Shown here piece by piece: positions 1-12,020 of a stretch of DNA of 64,000 nucleotides. The notes below the pieces were generated by a model that was not told the origin of the DNA, searched no databases, and worked only from the letters and a program-made list of their open reading frames with translations. The DNA comes from Octopus vulgaris (Eukaryota): positions 199,702,001 through 199,766,000 of the forward strand of contig OX597814.1 of NCBI GenBank assembly GCA_951406725.2. Direction: 5' to 3'. The position numbers and the translations under genes are program-made. Every line of letters starts with the position of its first letter. Position 1 is the first letter of the stretch.

Positions 1-386
1 CACCTGGCATTGCTCGGGTTTGTTTCGAGCCTTTAGAATTAGAATTTTTGAAAAGTAAAAATTATGCATTATGTAGCTTGTTATTCTCTTTAATTAAGTG
101 AACATTTTTCTGGTTGAAATACACCGAAAAATGGCGACACAGCAGTTAAAAAAATCGTAAAAAAATAGGGATTTTCATAGAAAAAAAGCACCTTTTTGAT
201 GTAAATAATTTTTGGTGTTAACATGGTCCGATTTGAATTTTTTCTTCTATGGAAGGGAGAGCAAGTCTTCTTCTATCATACTCTTAATTTTGGTGAACTT
301 GTACCACAGGGTCTTGGAGGAGATAGTGTTAGTTGAAGGCTACCAAGACACAGACAACTTCAGCTTTATATATATATATATATAGA
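1..386 (-). mobile_element. Non-autonomous Helitron, 3' end cut by window edge
   Basis: The reverse complement starts A|TC-TATATATA...AAAGCTGAAGTTG. It ends ...AAACCCGAGCAATGCCAGGTG, matching the subterminal sequence of the complete Helitron at 52951-53390. Confidence 0.7.
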
Positions 387-1177
387 TTTTATTATAGCTC
401 TGGACTTGATGTAATTCTATTATATTAAAGTTCATAGCTCACTTTTTCTCCCTTATATTACAAAATACATCTCCCTTGTTTCCTCTTTCTATGCACACAC
501 ACACACACACACATTAAACACGTTCTTCAGTGTGTATATATTTGTGTGCATTTGTTACTGTTATCACCATTTCTCTCAACAGCTGCAGGTTTCTCACTCT
601 CTGTAATAACTAATTTATTCAAGATACAAACTATTAATTTTCAAATTGTGTCTTTTCCTTTTCCCTTTTGAATAAGTCATAAATGTCATTCGTCTTCTGT
701 TCAGCTGGTAAACTATTTCCTAGATTACTTACACCAGTGCAAAGAGAGATATTAATTGATATTTATCTCTAGAAGTTTGTCATACAAAATACACAGACAT
801 TCATTGTTTACCATGTATATATTAAAAAAAGAACAGTTGGTTATTTTCAGATGAGAAATCTTATAACTAATAAGTATAGTTCTCTTTAATTGAGTATTGT
901 ATTTTTTCTTATATTTCTCCTTTAATTCATAAATGAAGATAAATTCCTTGTCATTCTACCTTGAAATTTTAAACATGACAGAATTGTGTCAAAAATAGAA
1001 TATAATTTTGCACAGGTTGAAATATATATATATATATACCATAACTTTATTGATTTTAAAGTGAAATTTCTCCCCAGCATATTAAATTCATTGAGATTTA
1101 TTTTATATCTTTCACAGTTGAACCAAGTCAAACTATTAGTTTTTGTATTATCAGCAATGTAATAACATATATATTCA

Positions 1178-1772
1178 TGTCAGATGACTTAAGATTTTCC
1201 CTGGTATATGTTTATGTTGCATGACTTAGGGTTTTCCATGAGATACATTTGTCACATGACTTATGGTTTTCCATGGAATATATTTATGTCACATGCATTA
1301 AGGTTTTCCATGGGATACATTTGTCATATGACTTAAGGTTTTCCATGGGATATATTTGTTACTTGATGTAAGGTTTTCCATGGGATATTTTTGTCACATG
1401 ACTTAACTCTTTCGATACCAACCTGGCTGAAACCAGCTCTGGCTCTATGTACAAATGTCTTCTTTTCATAAGATTTGAATTAAAATCTTCCACCAAACCT
1501 TAGTCACAATTTATGTTCCTAGTACTAGCTGAATGATAACTAAGTTATTTTACTAAATTCTTTGTTTTAAAGTAATTGAAAGAAACACAAAGCATCTCAA
1601 AATAAATACGGTAATGAAAGGTTTAAAGTATTCCATAGGATATATTTATGTCATATGACTTAAGGTATTCCATGGGATATATTTGTCACATGACTTAAGG
1701 CTTTCCATGGGATATACATATGTCACATGACTTAAGTTTTTTCATGGAATATATTTATGCCACTTGACTTAA
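1178..1772 (+). repeat. ~36-38 bp minisatellite (GTCACATGACTTAAGGTTTTCCATGGGATATATTT), interrupted by a MITE
   Basis: About 10 tandem units are visible on both sides of the 1403-1626 insertion, which sits in the TTAA of one unit. Confidence 0.9.
1403..1626 (+). mobile_element. piggyBac-type TTAA MITE, family 1
   Basis: TTAA-C(C/T)CTTTCG.TACC...GGTAA.GAAAGG-TTAA termini. The internal sequence is shared with copies at 29729, 55315 and 55556. Confidence 0.8.
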
Positions 1773-1789
1773 ACAAACATATATGCTGG

Positions 1790-2110
1790 TGGAATGTGGA
1801 AAACAACAGTTGAGCGTGGTCGTTGCCAGTGCCGCCGAAATGACTCCCATGCAGATGGCATGTAAAAAACACCTTTTGAGCATGGTCATTTCCAGTACTG
1901 CCTGATTGGCCCTCGTGCCGGTGGCATGTAAAAGCACCCACTACACTTTTGGAGTGGTTGGTGTTAGGAACGGCTTCCAGCTGTAGAAACTTTGCCGGAT
2001 CAGATTGGAACCCGGTGCAGCCTTCTGGCTCCCCAGAGCTCAGTCAACACCATCCAACCCATGCCAGCATGGAAAGCGGACGTTAAACGACAATGATGAT
2101 GATGATTATG
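1790..2110 (+). mobile_element. SINE-like family C (GGAAGGGCATCCAGCTGTAGAAAC core, (GAT)n tail, 5' tandem units)
   Basis: Shares its core and ...CCAACCCATGCCAGCATGGAAA..GGACGTTAAACGATGATG end with many other copies in the window. Confidence 0.85.
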
Positions 2111-2284
2111 TATATATATGACAGGCTTCTTTCAGTTTCCATTTATCAAATCCACTCACAAAGCTTTGGTCGGCTTAAGGCTATAGCAGAAGACACTTGT
2201 CCAAAGTGCTACACTTTATGACTGAACCTGGAACCATGTGGTTGGGAAGCAAGCTTCTTACCACATGGCCATACATAACTACAT

Positions 2285-2395
2285 TCAAAGAAGATACTTC
2301 AGAGTAATCATTAATTATCAGATATTATCACAAAATGTGGGACAGTTGAATCTAGAAACCCAGTTTTTCATAATGCAAAACTGCCAATATTATTA
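2285..2395 (+). pseudogene. Putative cadherin-repeat remnant
   Basis: YFRV..YQI...GQLNLETQ resembles the EC pattern F.I..G.I...LD.E. Weak alone. Confidence 0.35.
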
Positions 2396-2864
2396 TTCTC
2401 TGTATTTTGTATGTCTTTGTTTTTTGTAATTTTTTTTGTTTCGTTTTCATTTAAATCTCTGGGTTTTTTTTCAAAATCCTTTGTAGCGGACATTAAATGT
2501 AGTTAAAAGCAGAACCTAATATAAATTAGTTTCTAGTGTTATCAAGCATCCTTTTGATCATCCAATGTAATTACAGATTAGAGAGATGTAATGAATTAAG
2601 ATAGTTTCTTTAGCAAAACTGAACATTAACAAGGACTTAGAATAATCTATATTACTATATTTTAGTAAGAGATGCGTATCTCAGTTGATTTCTTTTCTTC
2701 ATTGCAAATATTGTTTTAACTGAATGAAGTGTTTACATCCCTAGACCTGTTTTCATTTCTAAATTATGAGGTCTTAAACATACTACTCTTCTCTGCTCTG
2801 CTACAGTTATGTATTCAGCTGTAATTGTTACTAGCAGTGGTATTATTTCTGAGCATTTTTTTTT

Positions 2865-3900
2865 TCCATATAAAAAGCACCATTTCAGCTTGATCATTAC
2901 CAGTGTCGCCTTACTGGCACTTGTGCCGGTAGCACGCGAAAAAAACATTCGAGTGAGGTCGTTGCCAGTGCCACTGGACTAACTCCTGTGCAGGTGGCAC
3001 GTAAAAAACACCATTTAAGCATGGCCATTGCCAGTACCGCTTGACTGGCCCTCGTGCCAGTGACACGTAAAAGCACCTACTGCACTCTCGGATTGGTTGG
3101 CGTTAGGAAGGGCATCCAGCTGTAGAAACTCTGCCAGATCAGATTGGAGCCTGATGTAGTCATCTGGTTCGCCAGTCCTCAGTCAAATCATCCAACCCAT
3201 GCTAGCATGGAAAGCAAACATTAAATGATGATGACGATGATGATCATCATCATTGTATCTAACATCTGCTTTCCATGCTAGCATGGGTGTTGGGGAACAA
3301 ACATGTTCACAAGATGCACGCACCACTTGAATCATAGTTTAACTGCGAAGTGGAAAGCCAGGAGGCTGCACCAGGCTCCAATCTGACTCGGCAAGGTTTC
3401 TACAGCTTGATGCCCTTCCTAATGCCAACCACTCCAAGAGTGTATTGGGTGCTTTTATGTGCCTCCAGCACGCGAACCAGTCAGGTGGCACTGGCATCAG
3501 CCATGCTTGAATGGTGCTTTTTACATGCCACCGGCACTGGCATCAGCCACATTAAATATATTTATCTCTAGCCATGTTGGTGACACATAAAAAGCCATAT
3601 TCAAGCGTGGCCAAAATGCGATGCCGCCTGACTGGCACATGAGCTGGCAACACATAAAAGGCACTATTTGAGCATGGCTGATGTCAGTACCTCCTGACTG
3701 GTTCCCATGTCAATGGCACATAAAAAGCACCTACTTCGTTCTCAGAGTGATTGGCATTAGGAAATGCATCCAGCTGTAGAAACCTTGCCAGATTCAGATA
3801 GGAGCCTGGTGCAGCCTCCTGGCTTGCCAGTCCTCAGTCAAACCATCCAACCCATGCCAGCATAGAAAGCGAATGTTAAATGACGATGATGATGATGATG
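2865..3900. mobile_element. Three family C SINE-like copies (+, -, +)
   Basis: Copies at about 2865-3243 (+), 3245-3550 (-) and 3570-3900 (+). The first two are joined tail-to-tail at GATGAT|CATCAT. Confidence 0.85.
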
Positions 3901-3914
3901 AGATGTATGATATG

Positions 3915-4735
3915 TATATTCTTTTATTCTTTCACTTGTTTCAGTCATTTGACTGTGGCCATGCTGGAGCACCACCTTAAATCGACCCTAGGACTTATTC
4001 TTTGTAAACCTAGTACTTATTCGATCGGTGTCTTTTGACAAACCACTGTTATGGGGAGGTAAACACACCAACATCAGTTGTCAAGCGATGGTGGAGGGGA
4101 CAAACGCAGACACGCAAATACACACACACACACACACAAATATACACATATATATAAACAACATTCTCTCAGCTTCTTTCTACCAAATCCACTCACAAGG
4201 CTTTGGTTGACCCAAGGCTATAGTAGAATACACTTGTTCATGATGCCACACAGTGGGACTGAACCCAGAACCATGTGGTTGGGAAGCAAGCTTCTTACCA
4301 CACAGATGATGATGATATATAGGCACAGGTATGGCTGTGTAGTAAGAAGCCTCCTTCCAAACCACATAGTTCTGGTTTCTGTCCCACTGCATGGTACCTT
4401 GGGTAAGTGTCTTCTACTATAGCCTTGGGCTGACCAAAGCCTTGTGAGCGGATTTGATAGATGGAAACTGAAAAGAAGCCTGCCACATATATATATATAT
4501 GTATGTGTGTGTGTATGTGTATTTAGGTGTGTGTCTTTGTATCTGTGCCTTTCCCCCACCGTTGCTTAACAACCGATGTTGGTGTGTTTACATCCTCATA
4601 ACTTCGCAGTTCGGCAAGAAAGACCGATAGAGTAAGTACCAGGCTTGCAAAGAATAAGCCCTGGGGTCAATTTCCTTGACTAAAAGACAGTGCTCCAGCA
4701 TGGCCGAAGTAAAATGTCTGAAACTTATAAATGAA
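3915..4735. mobile_element. Two family A tRNA-derived SINEs, head-to-head
   Basis: The head GGCACAGG..TGGCTGTGTGGTAAG...GGTTCAGTCCC carries Pol III A/B-box-like motifs. Both have an internal (TA)/(TG) tract and an ...AAATGACTGAAACAAGTAAAAGAG-type end. Copies at about 3915-4303 (-) and 4321-4735 (+). Confidence 0.9.
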
Positions 4736-5802
4736 TACATATATATATATATATATATATTTTAATTATTTATTTTTGTCCTACATTCTTTCTCACAGTG
4801 TTATCTCTTTCTCTAACTCTCTGACTTGGCTACTTTTCTGTTATCAAATTCTTTTTATCTCCCTCCTACCTCTTTCTTTCCCCCTCTCCCCCCCCCATCC
4901 CACCAATATTATCAGTGCCTCTTTCACCATTCCGCTTCCCCTTCTCCTTCATCTCTGTCCATCTGCCTTGATGCTGTTCTTAATTTCTCTCTTCATCTTC
5001 CTGCCTTATCTGCTTCATTTTACTCCCCATCAGCCCTCACACTTCTCTCCCCCTCCAATACTCATTAATTTTGTATACATTGGTAAGCTGCCATGCATCA
5101 ATGTTTTTTTATGATCTCATCCACTTCCTCTTTCTCCAACATCTTACAGGTGGCACCCTTTCATTAGAGGTCTGTTCCATCAGGACTGACTCGGGGTTAA
5201 CAAAACTAACAGAAGTTAACAGGTGTAGCACTAAGATAGTTACTCGATGTGCTAGAAATAACAGCAAAATCTCCCTTATTTTCTTTGTGTGTATGTATCC
5301 ATCTTTTAAACAGCTGCACTTTGTAGTTGCAAATAAGTGTACAAATGCAATTTTTCAAAAGGAATTTGCAATTGTGTTTTTATAGTTTGCAAGAAGTATC
5401 ATCTTTGTGGTCAAAACTTCAATGAAATGGTGAAACTAATAAATGTGAAAGATGTGAGGAGTTAGCAGACAAGAAATTAGAATTCGAGTGAGGTTTTGAG
5501 TCATGATTGGAGTCAGCTTCAAGAAAAGTGAAATGTTCTTTGTACACATCATTCCTTCATATTCACACAGTTTGGTAAAATAATGTTGGCTCATTATATA
5601 GATATTTTTCACTCTCTCCTTGAAGCATCTAGCACATCATCATCATCGTCATCTTCATTTAATGTCTGTTTTTGATGCTGACATGGGTTGATTGGTTTGA
5701 CTGCATCTGACAAGCCGGAGAGCTGCACTAGGCTCCAGTTCTCTGTTTTGGCTTGATTTCCATGGCTGGATGCCCTTCCTTATACCAACCACTTTACCGA
5801 AT

Positions 5803-6218
5803 ATACTTATTTCTTTATTGCCCACAATAACATAGAGGGGATAAACAAGGACAGAAAAAGGGATTAAGTCGATTACATCGACTCCCAGTGCATAACCGGT
5901 ACTTTGTTTATCGACCCCGAAAGGATGAAAGGCAAAATCGACCTCGGCGGAATTTGAACTCAGAACATAACGGCAGATGAAATACCTATTTCTTTACTAC
6001 CCACAAGGGGCTACACACAGAGAAGACAAACAAGGACAGACAAATGGATTAAGTCAGTAATATCGACCCAGTGTGTAACTGGTACTTATTTAATCGACCC
6101 CAAAAGGATGAAAGGTTAAGTCGACCTCGGCGTAATTTAAACTCAGACCGTAACGGCAGACAAAATACCGCTAAGCATTTCGCCCGGCACACTAACGTTT
6201 CTGCCAGCTCACCGCCTT
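5803..6218 (-). mobile_element. Family B SINE (GTCGACTTTGCCTTTCATCCTTTCGGGGTCGATAAA core, internally duplicated)
   Basis: The core resembles the conserved Nin/Deu-type SINE domain. Further copies lie near 14.7, 15.8, 26.7-27.3, 39.0, 41.2, 49.7 and 60.5 kb. Confidence 0.85.
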
Positions 6219-6527
6219 ATACTTTACAGAATATACTGGCAGCTTTTTATCTGGCACCAGCACAAATGCTTTTTATGTGGCACCAGCACATTATGGTTAT
6301 TGATACTCTTCTTCCATTAACTCCTCCGTTCATTTTCGAATTAATCTCTTTACCTTTCCACATCACCTGCCACTCAAATTAGACATTCAGTGCATTTGCC
6401 TGCAAATCATATGCATCTTTCCTTTAACATGCAATTGCAAATTTTTAAAAATCATATCTCCTCAATTTCTCTTTAACCTACAATTGCTTTCTATTGTTGT
6501 TTTTTTTGGGGGGGGGGGTTTGCTATA

Positions 6528-6740
6528 AATGCCATGGTAAAGATTTCCCACGTTTAGAAAATTCCAGAAAAACTCCTCTGCTGCCAAATGCAAGCAAGCT
6601 CTGAGGACAGCAGAAAACGGATATGAGCAATCATAATGATGTCTTTCAACTAATGCTGCCAGGAATGCAGTGAAGCTCATCTGCAGCATAATGCTGCAAG
6701 ACAGGCTGTGAATAGACAGCAAGTATCAGATAAATAACAG
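6528..6740 (+). mobile_element. Possible degraded N-terminus of a Helitron Rep/helicase ORF
   Basis: MPW*R..NSSAAKCKQALRTAE..CLSTNAARN / EAHLQHNAARQAVNRQQ resembles the R/Q/A-rich repetitive N-terminus of animal Helitron ORFs. Contains stops and frameshifts. Confidence 0.35.
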
Positions 6741-7479
6741 TCTCCAGCAGTGACAATATACAAACAGCAAAGAAGCTTTTTATTTTCTTTTTCCAATTTC
6801 CTTTCCCTGCTGACAACATGAAACCAAAATGCTTGTAATTTGTATAACATGGTGTTACTAAAAATCACACCAAGACTTTACAGAACAGTTACCAATACAA
6901 AGGGTCTTTACAGATATTAATAAATCAAAAATAAGAAATGGCTTATAAATGAAATATACTGACGTGAATGCTTTATGAATGAAAGCATGAAACATTTGTA
7001 AAGAACTTACGTCTGCAAAATAGTTGGCAACACTGTAGAACCACAATGTATTAGTGGTTGATATATATTAAAGGAACTGGTGAGAATTTCAAGGCATAAA
7101 ACATAAAAAAACCATCAGAGACATGTATGTTGTGTTGTTTAATTATATCTCAAAGTGTAATCTAATAGTTTGGGATGTTGAAGGTCAGTGATTTGTCATT
7201 ATAATTATACTTGAAAACTAAAGCAAAAGTCGCAAAAATATGACTAGATTCGTGATAGGAAAATGTTAGGAAAGCAACAGTAATTGATGTCTTGTTCTAA
7301 AATGTTACGAGCCAACAACTTTTCACTCACACAGGGTATATATAATTTCAATAGATCAGGAATAGAAAAAAAAAATTATTGAATAATATGCCAAGCTATG
7401 TTAATGTATAATATGTATGTAATGGTTTATCATGGAAGCTATATATTTAAGGATCTGATAACATGTTCATTGAATCATT

Positions 7480-7845
7480 GTTGCACTTCATCTGCATCAC
7501 CATAGCAGACAATGCAGACAGGAAGATAAGAATGTAATCTTGTAAACTTGATTGAACCTGTAGTAACTGCACCAAATTTAAACTGATTTGTATCCTTGTC
7601 AATGAAATGCTGATAACAGCTTCAATTAATATATCCTTTTTTTTTTGTTTGTTTGTTTGGAGATATATTGATCCAATGTGGGTCAAGGAGAAATGCTATT
7701 GAAATATTAAAATTGCAAAGTAGATATCTGTAAATAATAGAACAGTTTCCATCATAACATATTGTTATCAAAATAAATAACGGATGATCGAATATACACA
7801 CAGATGAAGAAGCAACATTATTTGTAAAATCCATAAAGAAATGTG
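7480..7845 (+). pseudogene. Putative cadherin-repeat remnant
   Basis: Frameshifted pieces: ITIADNAD, LVNLIEPVVTAP/KF..ILVNE (V.PVN.AP.F...V.E), IHTDEEATLFVKSI. Confidence 0.45.
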
Positions 7846-8274
7846 TAGTTTCGTTGCCATGAACTATAACTTTATATTCATTATCATATACGCAAAGTAA
7901 TCCTATTAATAAATCTTTAAGAAAGCAAGCAAAAACACTTACATCACAGGACAGGTAATCTTACAATAAATGTATAAAAATACAAAGAGGCTCTCCATTA
8001 TTGCTGGTAAATGTAAATCAGTTTTTTATAGTATAGTTAAATGGGGACTCACATCTTTAATGTAGAGAGCAAAAAGGGGGAAAAGAATCAATTCAAATTT
8101 CATCTGTAAGGAAGAGTAAAGTCATTAGCTTTAATGATATCACTACTTAAAGTTACCTAATCAGTGAATGGTATTTTTATCATTCAAAATATATTCTCTG
8201 TTATTCTAAGATATAGTAAATATGGTTAAGACTACACTTTGCCAATGAGATATAGATAGTAATAATGAAATTAT

Positions 8275-8830
8275 TGTATGCAGTGCTCAGATGCACCACA
8301 ACTTGTCAAAAGTGCGTGTAAAGCATCTGCAGTAATGTAGAAATGTCTGGAAAGTGAACAGTGTATGAGTGAGATACATGCTTGTGTGTGTATGGAGGGG
8401 AGAAAATCAGGTGTAGTGTTGGTGAATCTCAGGAAGCATGGAAGTTTTGAAGGATGCAGTGCTCCGACAACTAACAACTGATGCTGGCAGTTTGTTCCAT
8501 GCTTCAGCAACTCTTAGCGTGAAATAAAGGTTTCCGAAAGTCATGGGAGCTGTGCTGTTTTCTGACTTTGTAAACATGTCCACGAGTGTTAGACAGATGG
8601 AGTTTGAAAAGGTACTCAGAGTTATTGTTTGTAAGATGGTTAATAATTTTATGGGTGTCTACCAAGTCAGTTGCCAGACGTCGGAGTTTCAATGTGTCCA
8701 TGCCCAGGGAAGTAAGGCGTTCAGAACATGGCAAATGCCTGATGGAGGGTATTCTCTTGGTTGCACGTCGCTGAACAGCTTCCAGACGATTAATATCCTA
8801 GGCAAGATAGGGGTTCCAGACCAGTGATAC
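8275..8830 (-). mobile_element. CR1/L2-clade LINE 3' fragment (RT C-terminus plus 3' UTR)
   Basis: WNPYLA*DINRLEAVQRRATKRIP...RLTSLGMDTLKLRRLATDL...NTRGHVYKVRK is the typical CR1 ORF2 end. Confidence 0.9.
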
Positions 8831-8839
8831 AAATTCCAG

Positions 8840-9163
8840 ATGAATACAACCAGAATATTTTCAGAGTTAATCTGTACCTACCATAGATTGGATTCACTCT
8901 CTAATATCTGTCTCCATTACATTATGAAATTAGAGTTTCAATACTGTCTCATTGTCTTCTTTTACAAATGTTATGGACATTATGGAATCTTCTTCATTAG
9001 TCAAATAATTTTTGGCTCACTACATTATGTTAACCCCCTACTTAACTATATAATATACATACAATGTGAGGCCAGCCTGATGAACATTCTGCACTTCCCA
9101 AAAATATTGCTGAGCAAAAATACAGTGATAATTGATATTTCCAAGTCAGAAGTCTTTTGGTAG
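8840..9163 (+). pseudogene. Putative cadherin-repeat remnant
   Basis: YGIFFIS...GSLHY..LNYIIYIQCE...TVIIDI resembles F.I...LDY...Y.L.I.C.D...V.I.V. Confidence 0.35.
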
Positions 9164-9286
9164 CTTTCTAAAACAAGTGAAAGGAATAAAAGAAAAAAAA
9201 CCCTTTGTTGAAGAACATGAAAGTGTCAGTGACAAAAAGAGTATTCCATTTGTAAAACATCTCTCCAATGTGTATTTGTCTAACCA

Positions 9287-9785
9287 TCAAAATCAAATTC
9301 ATCCGTGCTAGCAGCGTACAAAGAGCACCATACGAGTGTGACGATTGACAGAGCGGCTAACCGGCTTCCATGCCAGTGGCACTTAAAAGGCACCATTTGA
9401 GCGTGATTGTTACCAGTGTCGCTTTAAAGAGCACCATCCGAGCGTGATCATTGCTGGAGCGGCTATCTGGCCTCCGTGCCGATGGCATGTAAAAGCAACC
9501 ATTCGAGCGAGATTGTTACCAGCATCACCTTACTGGCACCTGTGCCAGTGGCATGTGTAAAAGACTCAAGCAAGGTTGTTGCCAGTACCACCTGACTGGC
9601 ACATAAAAGAACCCACTACACTTTTGGAGTTGTTGGCATTAGGAAGGGCATCCAGCTGTAGAAACTCTGCCAGATCAAGATTAAATCCTGGTGCAGCCAT
9701 CTGGTTCGCCAGCCCTCAGTCAAAATCGTCCAACCCATGCTAGCATGGAAAGAGGACAATAAACAATGATGATGATGATGATGAT
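9287..9785 (+). mobile_element. Family C SINE-like element, higher-order-repeat subtype
   Basis: Begins with CAAAATCAAATTC and has alternating internal units. Same subtype as 21947-22472. Confidence 0.85.
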
Positions 9786-9894
9786 TGCCAGCATGGAAAA
9801 TCCTACAAAACTGAAGGAACAAATGGATGAAGTATGGAAAATATATTTTGTTTAGTATGAATAGCATTTCTGTTAGTTTTGGTAGTAAATTACA

Positions 9895-10080
9895 GCTGGA
9901 TGTGTAGAAAATATGAATGATGTGAAATTCATGCATCCAATTATTCTGAGTGAATTAAGAACTACATAGGTAAAAGGCATTTTATACGTCATAATGAGAC
10001 AGATGACATGTGAGGGATCATAAAAATCTGCTGTTGTGGATGACAAAGTGAAGTCAATCAAATCAAATACAGCAACTCGC
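9895..10080 (+). pseudogene. Putative cadherin-repeat remnant
   Basis: After a candidate acceptor (ttacag): GCVENMNDVKFMHPIILSELRTT*VKGILYV, matching V.DxND..F....I.E....G..I..V. Confidence 0.5.
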
Positions 10081-10857
10081 TGAAACATTTTATTCTCCAT
10101 GGATAGATGAAAGGCAAAATTGATCACAACAGAATATACTTCCAGAAATGTGAGGATTTGAATTGGATATCATAAAGAATTTAATCTGATGTGCTAGTAT
10201 TTGTGTTAGATCTTACTATGAAGCCTGTACGTGGTTTCTCAACCTGCAAGAAATAGCAGCCAAATCTCTCTCAAATCATATCTAACATTTTGATAAAGTA
10301 ATCTTCAATATTCTGTGCCTGATGGGAAAATGAAATGGTCATAAATGGAACAGTTTTGATCTTTGGTCTGCTTAGTCAGGTTTTTATTTGATCCAACATG
10401 CACGCTTAGCATAGCATGCATTTTCTTTCACTTTTAAACCATTTTGAATGTTATATGTTTAATGAAAATCTTTTAGATTTTTTTTTGTCATGTGACCACA
10501 TGACTGACCAGACTATCAGATGTTGTTACACATCATTGATCACAATGCACTTTGCACTTCAAACAACACCAGCCTCCTGGCTAGTCAAACAGGTCGACAT
10601 TCCCCACTGAACACAAGGGGAACTACAACAATATGAAATGACGTGTTTTACTCAAGAGTACAACATACCAACCAGCCTGGGAATAAAATTCACAATTCAG
10701 CAACCATGAGCACAAGTACCAAACCACTGGGCCATGTGCCTTCGCATTTCACTTGGATATATCGGACAAGCCTTTGAGAATTAGTCGTTTCACATTGTGA
10801 AGAGTGTTGCTTATTGTCAAACAGTATTAATATAACTTCTCAATGCTTTGCATTTTC

Positions 10858-11165
10858 CCTTGTGCCGGTGGCACATAAAATGCACCATCTGAATGTGGCC
10901 GATGCCAGCGCCGCCTCGACTGGTTTCTGTGCCGGTGGCACACAAAAAGCACCAACCAATCGTGGCCGTGCCAGCCTCGCCTGGCACATAAAAAGCACCC
11001 ACCACACTCACGGAGTGGTTGGCATTAGGAAGGACATCCAGCTGTAGAAACACTGCCAGATCAGACTGGAGCCTGGTGCAGCCTCCTGGCTTCCCAGACC
11101 CCAGTCGAACCGTTCAACCCATGCTAGCATGGAAAATGGACGTTAAATGATGATTATGATGATGA
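10858..11165 (+). mobile_element. Family C SINE-like element
   Basis: Three internal GTGCCGGTGGCAC-type units, the core and a (GAT)n tail. Confidence 0.9.
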
Positions 11166-11807
11166 GTACAGCTTCCAGGATTTGTTAGTGTCCCAGTTTG
11201 CCTTAAGTTCAACAGCATAGACAGTTCTAACTTGAGTATAAATTTGAATCAAACAGACTGACTCCAATAGTTGATTTTTTTTTTTTAAGCCTAGTATTTA
11301 CCCTGTTAATGTCTTTTACTGATCCATTAAGTTACACAGACATAAACCACCTACACCAGTTATCAAGCAGTGATGGGGGATAAACACAAACATTGACACA
11401 TGCCCATGATGCCACACAGAACCATATGGTTGGGAAGCAAGTTTTTTTACCACACAGCTGCACCTACCCAGTGGCTCTACTCACTGGTACAATGTACTAC
11501 CCAGTCTAGAAATTATGGATACAAAATGGAGGACAAATTCAGTTCTTTTTTATATAAATTATCGTGCATCTATTTTCAATTATTTTCTAAAATTTATCTT
11601 TTATCTCTTACTTGTTTCAGTCATTAGACTGTGACCATGCTGGGGCACTGCCTTGAAGGGGTTTTAGTTCTAATAATTTAGTTCAAAGAATTGACTCCCA
11701 GTCAAATAAGGCAGACTCTATCACTTTATTCTACGAATTCAAGAATAGAAATATACTGAGCATTAGACATATGTTTTACAAAGTATCTTTGTAAACAGTG
11801 GAATGAG

Positions 11808-12020
11808 TTGAATAAAAATTACATCATAATTACAATCACCTTTTGTTTAGGAGACAAAATAGCAATCTTCTTCGCTACTATGATGGTGACATTTAGACTT
11901 AGAATACGAGATGTACAAAAAAAAGAAAAAAGACAATTGTCATCAGTTGCATACATGTGTGACATAGTAATATGTACCATGCTTTTATTAATTGTTTTAG
12001 GTGCCAATGTTGACATGAGT
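11808..12020 (+). pseudogene. Putative cadherin-repeat remnant
   Basis: Frameshifted YDGDI / LDLE / LIVLGANVD pieces. Weak alone. Confidence 0.3.

Noticed and set aside
4028-4559. Recurrent ORFs such as LPNPLTRLWSARGYSRRHLPKV
   Set aside because: These are frames through family A SINE copies, with stops varying between copies.
7140-7190. PIF1 helicase-like CNLIVWD motif
   Set aside because: Isolated, lacks the DE pair and an upstream Walker A, and fits a cadherin V.DV strand equally well.
7447-7860. Minus-strand signal peptide plus vWA-like reading (MATKLHISLW..., IAFLLD/HIGSI, FGAVT)
   Set aside because: It needs several frameshifts and lacks an intact DxSxS motif. The + strand cadherin reading fits at least as well and agrees with neighbouring islands. 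Not fully excluded.
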